Below, one piece after another: positions 54,025 to 64,000 of a stretch of DNA of 64,000 bases; positions within the stretch are counted from its first letter, which is position 1, and every line of letters starts with the position of its first letter. Location: the NCBI GenBank assembly GCA_039096225.1, contig JBBPEB010000009.1, positions 1,674,001 through 1,738,000 on the forward strand. The letters are read 5' to 3'. The DNA is from Blastocystis sp. Blastoise. Taxonomy: Eukaryota; Protista; Bigyra: Opalinata. The translations under genes were made by a program, and so were the position numbers. The notes under the pieces are model-generated. The model worked only from the letters and a program-made list of their open reading frames with translations, ran no database searches and was not told the DNA's origin.

Positions 54025-56118
54025 TATATAATACTAATTAGATTATATGTTTGTTTATTATTTATTTGTATAGGATCATTTTCATATTGACTATTTTGAC
54101 TATTATTATAACAACTAGCTGTATATATATATATATATAAATATTATATTATTATATTATATACATTATATATATATATATTATATTATATTATATTATA
54201 TATATATATACAAATATTAATATTATCATTTGAATAATTTATAGATAAATTTGATGATTGATTATGAATTTCTTTGCTTATATCATTATTTTCAGATAAT
54301 GAAGTATAATCATATACATCAGTAGGTATTATATTATCAGCATTAATATTATCAATATTATATTTAATAGATGATTGTATATTAGAATTATTAGCTGAAA
54401 TTATATTAGCTGAAGATTGGTTATTATTTTGAATAACTTTAGATGCATATTCATTAGTATTTTGAAGTTTTTGGAAAGAAATATTATTACTATTACTAAT
54501 TATTGGATTAGCCAAATTATTATTGATATTATTTAATAAGATATTAGGAGATGAAGAAATTATATTATCATTACTACTAATTATTGGATTTAATGAATTA
54601 TTGTAATTGATTGATGAATTAAGATAGTTATTATTATTTATTAATGGATTTGAAGAACTGTTATGATTAATGAATGAATTAGAAGAATTATTATTATTTT
54701 GATTATTAATATTGATTGATGAATTAAGATAATTATTATTATTGATTGATGAATTAAGATTGTTGTTATTATTGATTGATGAACTAAGATAATTGATATT
54801 ATTGATTGATGGATTAGAAGAATTGTTATAATTGATTGATGTACTAGATAAATTATGATTATTATTTACTATTGGATTAGATAAATTATGATTATTATTT
54901 GATATTGGATTAGATAAATTATGATTATTATTTGATATTGGATAAGAAGAATTGTTATAATTGATTGATGCATTAGATAAATTATGATTATTATTTGATA
55001 TTGGATAAGAAGAATTGTTATAATTGATTGATGTATTAGATAAATTATGACTATTATTTGATATTGGATAAGAAGAATTGTTATAATTGATTGATGTATT
55101 AGATAAATTATGATTATTATTTGATATTGGATAAGAAGAATTGTTATAATTGATTGATGTATTAGATAAATTATGATTATTAGTTGATATTGGATAAGAA
55201 GAATTGTTATAATTGATTGATGCATTAGATAAATTATGATTATTATTTACTATTGGATTAGATAAATTATGATTATTATTTGATATTGGATAAGAAGAAT
55301 TATTAATGAATGAATTAGAAGAATTATTATTATTTTGATTATTATTGTTGATTAATGGATTAGATAAATTATTTATTATTTGCTTAGAAGAATTATCATT
55401 GATAGAATTATCACTATTGGAAATGATAGAAATATTAAACTGATCAATATCTTCAACAGAATTATGAATACTTGGAATTGGAGAATAATAATTATTTAAT
55501 ATATTATTAGGGTTTAGATTATATTGATTATTTAATGAATCATTTATACTATAATTATTATCATTGTTATTAGAATTAAATGAAGGAAGAAGAAGAGGAG
55601 AAATAAGTTCTATACTTTTTTTATTTTCATCATCATTCATACTATTGAACTTTATAATGGGAGATATAATTATAGGAGATATTTGTTGATCTGATAATTT
55701 AATATATTTATTTTCATTGTTACAATTATTTATTTTAGCACTATCTTTTGATTCCATCTATGGGATATATATGATAATATGAATATACATGAATAAAAAA
55801 TATGAATATGAATATGAATATGAATATGAATATGAATATGAATATGAATATGAATACATATGGATAATATGAATATACATGAATAATATGAATATGAATA
55901 TATATGAATATGAATATGAATATGAATATGAATATGAATATGAATATATATGGATAATATGAATATACATGAATAATATAAATAATATCGATAATAAAAA
56001 TAATATGGATAATATTGATAATATGAATACTTTAGATGATATATCTTCTTTTGATTCAATATAACGATTTATATCATAATTGAATGTACACTTTCTAACC
56101 AGTAATTCATATGAGCAA

Positions 56119-56179
<61 letters not shown>

Positions 56180-57516
56180 TATCTACATACTAGAGCTTCA
56201 TGAATGGTTATTAGGTTACCATCAATATCTCTTTCTGGGACAAAATAATTCATTTCTTTAGCGAATTGTTTATCCAGGACATAATCAATGAATACTTTTA
56301 TACCAAGCTCAGAAGTACATAAATCATTTAATTTAAAATCATTATTATTATATATAGTTTTATATTTTATATTTAGATTATAGTATTTGTCATGAACATC
56401 ATTTGTATGATGGCAACTTCTGATGAAACTTTGGCAATAAAGAGGATTAACACAATTTGTTCTTCCAAACCAAGTGGCAAAACAATGTCTATAGGAATAA
56501 CCTGAGTGATCTTTAGGTATGTTACTAAATAATTTTTTTAATTGATGTTTACAACTATATAGGTATATAAGTTAATATATATATATATATATAGATTTAG
56601 ATAAATATATATATATAGGTATACATAGTGGGATAGGTACTATATGTGAATTGGGATGCTACATAATTACTATTAGTATTTGGTTTTCGTATATATAGGA
56701 ATAAATTTGTTGTATATTCAATATCATTATCTTTTAAATATTCACATATTTGATTTCTTATAATTATATATTTATCATATATCTTTTGAAATTTTTCGCA
56801 TAAAATATATATATCAGGAAATTTCTTGCCGTCAGAATAAGGAATATTTCCATTCTTAGATCCTGTATGTATTATATATATATATTCTTTTTTAGTATTT
56901 TCATTTCTATATTTCTTTAGGTTTTCAAATAATTTCAAATTATATATATCATTATTTCTAAGTGGACAGCCTGTGCAAGTCTGAAGGAGATACATCATAA
57001 GAATCGTAATAGTATGAAATTTTTTTATATATATATCATTAATATTTTTCTTATTATTAATTTCTTCTATATATATATTAATTTTTTCAAATAATGTTCT
57101 AATTATATTGTAGTAATCTTGTAAAGAGATAAGAGCTTCCATTTTCTTTTTCTTATTCAAATCCTCAAAAGCTTTACTATCATTTTTACTAATGAAATTG
57201 TTATCTGTAATCATAACTGAAGACTTGTGAGTAATATATGTTAGTGTTTCTTTTATTATATCTTTCATTTTATTATCTATATATACATTTTTTCTTTCTA
57301 TATAGGTAATTATAGATCTTATCTCTTGTATTCTATTATGAAGGGTTTTTGGACAATTTGATCTGGGCAGAATATTTAGAGTAACGTATTTATATATAAA
57401 ATCAGGAAATAGTAAAATATTCAAACCATAATGATCAAGTTCTTCCTGATATAATACAAAAGCAAAATTGATTATATCACAAATACTAAGCATAATTTCA
57501 TAACTATATATATATA

Positions 57517-57556
<40 letters not shown>

Positions 57557-57873
57557 TACAAAATTTGTTTCTCAGATAGAGAATATATAGATATATCCGG
57601 TATTTTATCCTCAACCCCGTTTTCATAGAAGTCTCCAGTAATCACAGATTTAATTAAAGGTAAAGCATATTTTATAAATATTTTTGTATTTGTATCCATT
57701 AGTAGAATTCTTTTTCTACTACACTTTCTTTGATATTTCCAATATTTTATTATATTATATAGGCGACTAATATCATCATCACTTAATCGTTCTGGTAAAA
57801 AGCAACCAAGAAGATTTTTATTTATTTCTAATGATTTCTCACCAAGATTTATTCTTTCATTTAATTTTACAGG

Positions 57874-57926
<53 letters not shown>

Positions 57927-58229
57927 TTCTTAATTCTTGAATTATATTTAATGATACTTCATTATTTTTCTTTTTCTTAATTATCTAGAATTATTATATT
58001 TATTAAATGTATATACATATAATATATATATAGATACATATCCTAATTGCAGATATATATAGGTTTGAAGATCCAAATCTTTTACAAGTAGTGGGTTAGT
58101 AATAATCTATAAATTAAAATTAAAATAAATATGATTATTATTTAAATATATACATGTTTAGTATAGTTTGTATCCGAGTTCAAAATTAAATTACACAAAT
58201 TATTCATAAAATCCTGTATATATATATTA

Positions 58230-58283
<54 letters not shown>

Positions 58284-58653
58284 GATTTTAAATATACTTC
58301 ATTATCATCAAGATTTATTTTGTATTGCTTCAAAAAATTATATATTTCTGATCTTATCTATTGAGTATATATATATATAAATCAAAAAATATTATTTTAA
58401 AATATATTTATACTTCTTCATCTATTTCATTATTATTCTTAATTATATTTTGAATATCTATATATCGTATGAATTATAATAATAATAATGCATTTAATAT
58501 ATAAACAATTATTACTTGATAATGTATATAGAAATGTTTTGAGTTCTTCTGAACTTATTAGAATTTCTTCATCATCTTCTTCTTCATTATTTTTAATTGC
58601 TAGTGGTATATAGTCTATTTTATTCTTATTTGATATAATTTTCCCATTATCAT

Positions 58654-58706
<53 letters not shown>

Positions 58707-60240
58707 GTGAGTCTATATCAATTACATTATCTTGAATTTCGTCATTATTCTTGTTAGAATTGAATTTATAAGATTGATTATTATTTATCTTAATAGAATC
58801 ATATTCTTTATTATCTATAGATTTCTTTTTTATTTTTATATTTTTATGTAGAATCGGTGAAAGAAATGATGCTTCAATAGGAAATTTATGACAAACAGGT
58901 AATTGTTTATTTGTAGAATTGGGATTACATTGATTATTTAAATTATTATTAGATATAGTAGATTTAATAGAATTATTAGAAATTGATATAGGTGGAGAAG
59001 GAGATGAATGAAAATTATTGATAGATGAATTATTATTATGATTATTATTAAAAGTTGATATAGGTGGAGAAGGAAATGAATGAAATTTATTGATAGATAA
59101 ATCATTATTATTATTATTAGAAATTGATATAGGTGGAGATAGAGATGAATGAGATTTATTGATAGATGAATTATGATTATGATTATTATTAAAAATTGAT
59201 ATAGGTGGAGAAGGAGATGTATGAAATTGATTAATAGATGAATTATTATTATTATGATTATTATTAAAAATTGATATAGGTGGAGAAGGAGATGATATAG
59301 AAGATGGAGATGAATTAAATTTATTGATAAATGAATTATTATTATGATTATTATTAAAAATTGATATAGATGGAGAAGGAGATGAATGAAAATTATTGAT
59401 AGATGAATTATTATTATGATTATTATTAAAAATTGATATAGGTGGAGAAGGAGATGATATAGAAGGAGATGAATTAAATTGAATAGAATGAATAGAAGGA
59501 GATGAATGAAAATTATTGATAGATGAATTATTATTATTATGATTATTATTAAAAATTGATATAGGTGGAGAAGGAGATGATATAGAAGATGAAGATGAAT
59601 TAAATTTATTGATAGATGAATTATTATTATTATGATTATTATTAAAAATTGATATATGTGGAGAAGGAGATGATATAGAAGGTGAAGATAAATTAAATTG
59701 AATAGAATGAATAGAAGGAGATGATATAGAAGGTGAGTAATATAGATCACTATTCATATATAATGGATTAGGGTCTTTAGATAAAGGACTAGGAGGAAAA
59801 GAAGAACAAGAAGAAGAATCATCGATCAAAATTGTATTAACTATATATATTATTTATGAAATGAAAATTATATTATTATTAATGTATATATATATATATA
59901 TATTACAATTATTATTTAATATTTTTTTATTTTGTTTTTGAAATTTATTGTTATTTGAAGATGAGATTTCTATTTTATTATAATATTATTATAGTATATA
60001 TATACTTTTTTTAGGTGTACTTGATTGACGAGTTTTTTCATAAGTAGAATCAATAGATAATTGTTGAGTTTCTAGTATATCATTTTTAAAACGATTGTTA
60101 TTTTTTTTGATTTTATTATTTTTAGTATTCGCTATAATTTTAATAATTGATATATAGATTTATTAATAATAATATATAAAATATTTTTATATTTATATTA
60201 GATACAATCAAATTGATTAATACTTATTTGGTTTTGCTAT
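53030..60240 (-). CDS. Large spliced tyrosine recombinase (phage integrase fold) with N- and C-terminal Asn/Ser repeat regions
   Basis: Splicing intron 56555-56624 joins TGCPLRNNDIYNLK...GSKN...NLF to HSGYSYRHCFATW...CHHTNDVHDKYY, giving R-K-(Y)xxR-H-Y. Further in-frame junctions link it to the 54186-55757 exon. The 5' and 3' limits are uncertain. Confidence 0.82.
54840..55290 (-). repeat. Coding tandem repeat, about 60-nt unit (NNHNLSNTSINYNNSSYPIS)
   Basis: Repeated units in the 523-aa ORF. Confidence 0.9.
55770..55980. repeat. Intronic (GAATAT)n compound satellite
   Basis: Lies within the intron at about 55758-56030. Source of the HI/YS-repeat ORFs. Confidence 0.9.
58970..59735 (-). repeat. 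Coding tandem repeat (SPSPPISIFNNNHNNNSSINxFHS)
   Basis: About 9 units in the 390-aa ORF. Confidence 0.9.
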
Positions 60241-60394
60241 ATAAAAATAAATAATTTATTTATCATGTATTATGTATATTATATCATACAATTCTTTTCA
60301 TTACTATTAAATAAGAAAAATAAATATTGTTATTTATAACTAATTTTTTTCTGAATAGTTTTTTTTAATCAATTATATTTTAATATAAAATAAA

Positions 60395-60558
60395 AACTGT
60401 AAACAAACTGTATATTAACTGTATATTAACTGTATATTAACTGTATATTAACTGTATATTAACTGTAAATAAACTATATATTAACTGTAAATAAACTGTA
60501 TACTAAATATAATTAAACTGTATACTAAATAAAATTAAACTGTATATAAACTGTATAC
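60395..60558. repeat. 11-bp tandem array (AACTGTATATT consensus)
   Basis: About a dozen copies, degenerating towards the right end. Confidence 0.9.
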
Positions 60559-63500
60559 AAAATTTTTCTGATCAACGAATGGTTTATATATATAGGATTT
60601 AAATATATTTTTAAATATAATTATTATATATATATATGTTTTTATATATCGTACATTATTTTTTTCCAGTTTAACACATTTAGAATATAAATTTATAAAA
60701 ACTTAATTATTTGAAAAATAAAATAATTAATACTAACCCTGTTGATACGATGACAATCAGTATCAGTATCATTTCTATTGTTAATTATATTTATTTTTTA
60801 TTGATGATTATATATATATTGTTTTTTATTTATGTATATAGTATATACTTTATAAGTCAAAAGAATAATATTAAAAATTAATTAAAAATTTTATAAGAAT
60901 ATCATCTATATTATGACTTATTCTCTTTGAATATGGTAGTTCTTTGATATATGACACCATTTTATTCTATGTATATAATCTAAAGATTATAAATATATAG
61001 ATGAGATTCATTTAAATATCATATTTCAGGATATAGAGCATAAAATTGTCGATGAAAAATTATAAAAAATCTTGCATCAAAAATCATTTTTTTCAATCAT
61101 AATTGATCCTATCAACTCATTCACACAAATTATAACACTTTTAAAGCTATATTATATATATACATGCTATTTAGATATTTCTTAGTAAATATGTTTCTTT
61201 AAAATATACAAGTCAAAGAAAATCGTTTAAGAAATCGATAGTCTAAAAAATAATATCATAAAAAAGTCATAACCACATTTATTGATTATATTTCTAGCAC
61301 TTTTAAATGCTATATATATTTATGACACTGTTGTTATTCTATAATAAAAGAATTATTATTATTAAATAAAAAATGATAGAGGTATATGACTTTTATTAAA
61401 GAGAGGCAAAAAAAAATTAAAAAAACTTAAATTTCTTCTTTTCATTTTTGATACCCTAGATAATGAATTTTGAAGCAAATCTGTTCGTATGCATTTAATA
61501 CATGATATAGCTTAGTAATAACTAAAAATAACAAATTTAGAAGACAAAAAAAAACAACATATTGCATTTTGACCCAATGTCGACTTGTCAAGATAAATCT
61601 ATTAAAGTGTTATTTCTTATGTATGGACAATGCTGTATATGAATATAAACGATATAAAGCCATTTAACAACATTATCCTAGTTAAAAGACCCTTTTTCCA
61701 ATCTTGCCAAAACTGATTCATTTTGTGCGAAAATTTTTATTTTTTTAATTGCTACTTTTCTCAATGATGGATTGTCGTTATATTATGTTTGACACCAAAA
61801 AATATATCTACGTTTTATAAACTTTATATCTAGTATGCTTTTATATTATTATTCTGAAAATGGAAGACACTATTACAATAACAAGATTAAAAAAGTGATT
61901 GATCATGATTTTTAAATAATCAATGCTACTGATCTCATTTTTGAACTAATATGTCTTAAATATATAAAATATGTATCTATATGTTATCCTTATTCGATAT
62001 TGGTGTCTTTCATATATATTTAATATATTTTTATTGGTGAATGAGTTAAAAGAAACTTGAGTATGCAAATTAATCTTTTCTAAAAATTTCAGTTTTTTAA
62101 ATCTCATTCGTAAGTACTCATTTAAGTTATATTTAAAAATTATGAATATACATATGTGTACTAGATCATTATTACTATCTATTTGATATACATATATGTT
62201 TGAATAAGGACGTTTTTCAAAACTGATGTAAATGCTGACTCAAGTAGAAAAGTATAAGTGTGTTATTCTAAACACATATCATATGTATTTTAGTTTAATA
62301 CACATTTTAGAAAGCATTTGGCACAGCATTCTCATTTCGAAATGTTAATTTTTCACTTTTAAAGAATCTAGTTGTAAGAAAATGTTCTACAGGTCAAAAT
62401 ATCTACAAAAAGTAAAAAATTGTGAATATTAATATTGTTTAATAGTGACTAAAAAGAAAATAAAAATAAATTGAAAAACAAATTATTTAAATAAAAAATA
62501 GAAAATAAAGAATTCTAAGAGATTTCTAGAATTCTAAAAGAAATGAAGAGAAAAACAGTCAACAATTTTAGAGTCATTTCAAAAATCAAAAATTTAATTA
62601 GAAAAAACAATATTTTTAAATGAAATATAGTTTGTTTTCAATACTTTATTATGCTATATGTAATCTTATATTTAGTAAAAGCTCGTTTAAACAGTCATAG
62701 ATACCTATATAAATTTATATGAAAAGTCATTCTTATATTATTTTTCTTAATTAATTATATGACTTTTTTTGAACACAATATTTGACCTCATAATTGAGTA
62801 TATAATATATGTCACATATCAAGTGTATTCAATCAAAACCTAAAAATATATTTTAATTGCTTTGAAGAATAGAAATGACTTGAAGATTTACTTGTTTTGT
62901 TATTTTAATAGAAATTAGATTTTAAACAAAAATATCATACTAATATATAAAAGATGATATGTAACTAAATATGAAAACTATATTTTTGATATTATTTATT
63001 ATATAATCGTTGAATGAGAAGAGTTTGTTTCTTTTTCTTTCTTTCACTTTTTATTCTTATATTTTAATTTCATTAGTTTATGTTATATTGATGATAAATA
63101 CTATTGTAAGGTAATTTAAAAAATATATCTTTAAGTATACAATTAAGAAATAATAGGCTCATTCTTGTTAATTTAACTTTCATCAAAATTTTATATATCA
63201 AAAAATTGTTTATTATATATTTTGCTATGTCTATATAGTCATCCACCTTCTTTCACTTTTTTTCATTAAATATTTTTTTATTTTCAAATATTAAACAAAC
63301 AGAATTTAAACTCATTCTTAAGACATCCAACATTTGTAAATATATATTTCCTTAAAACATTCACAAGAGTTATTCATTGTTTTAGTTTCATTCAAATCAA
63401 TAAAAAATATTTCAATAATTTGTTTTTATTTTCTAATATTCTCTTATAATCAAGTATTAAGTGTTGTTTTACAAATTGACTAATAATCATCTTTTGTATT

Positions 63501-64000
63501 CATAGACTAAACGATATATTATATATTTCTATATCTATTGATAGTGTTTTATTCATGTATGATATTCTTAAATTATTATATATTTTAATTTTAAGATATA
63601 TTCATTAAATTTAATTCTTAATCTTTTTTGTTTTGTTTTATTATCAAAGAATAAAGATATTTTATTTTATATATAACATTGAAACATTGTTAGGAAGCTA
63701 AACAAGTAATTTTTAAATAATAGTTACTAAAGCAAAGACACTTAAACAACACATTTGTTTTATAACAAAAAATATAAAGTTATTTATTTTATATACTCAC
63801 ACCTTATTCCAATATACATATTATTATAACATACTAATATACTATAATGAATGATATATTATGTCAATAGTCTCTGATGAAATATCATCATATTTTCAAC
63901 ATAATGATAAACAACAATGTATATAAACAATATTCTTTTTTTTTTGAAATTTCTTGTAAGTATTAAAGTTAATTATATGTAGCTATTATAGAATAAAAAG

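Noticed and set aside
60395-60558. CRISPR-like array
   Set aside because: Contiguous 11-bp units with no unique spacers, no cas genes, and a eukaryotic context.
62505-62540. Second heat-shock-element-like stretch
   Set aside because: The GAA/TTC units are not consistently in phase and there is no supportable adjacent gene.
60800-64000. Genes or a right-hand terminal repeat matching the 49-kb island
   Set aside because: No convincing exon chain or sequence match found by eye.

Overview
Extremely AT-rich, intron-dense eukaryotic DNA. Short introns are filled with (TA)n, so the ORF track fragments most genes and the gene models below are my manual splicing. Gene style suggests an anaerobic stramenopile such as a Blastocystis-like protist (inference only). 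1-23.3 kb is a housekeeping block: a membrane protein, a divergent sirtuin, CNOT11, a WW+SPIN90/Ldb17 protein, VPS51, a secreted TPR protein carrying two U12-type AT-AC introns, and a RING/IBR-like protein. 25-48 kb is an accessory array in which two gene families strictly alternate (A: BTB-like+LRR-like; B: BTB-like+TLDc; order A-B-A-B-A-B). An intact 2,044-bp pogo-type DD35D transposon sits in this array, with 154-bp TIRs, a TA target duplication and a perfect heat-shock element. 49-60.6 kb holds a GC-rich multi-hairpin island, a decayed gene, and a very large spliced tyrosine-recombinase gene flanked by Asn/Ser repeats and preceded by an 11-bp iteron-like array. This is a candidate novel YR-driven mobile element. 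60.8-64 kb has no supportable gene.
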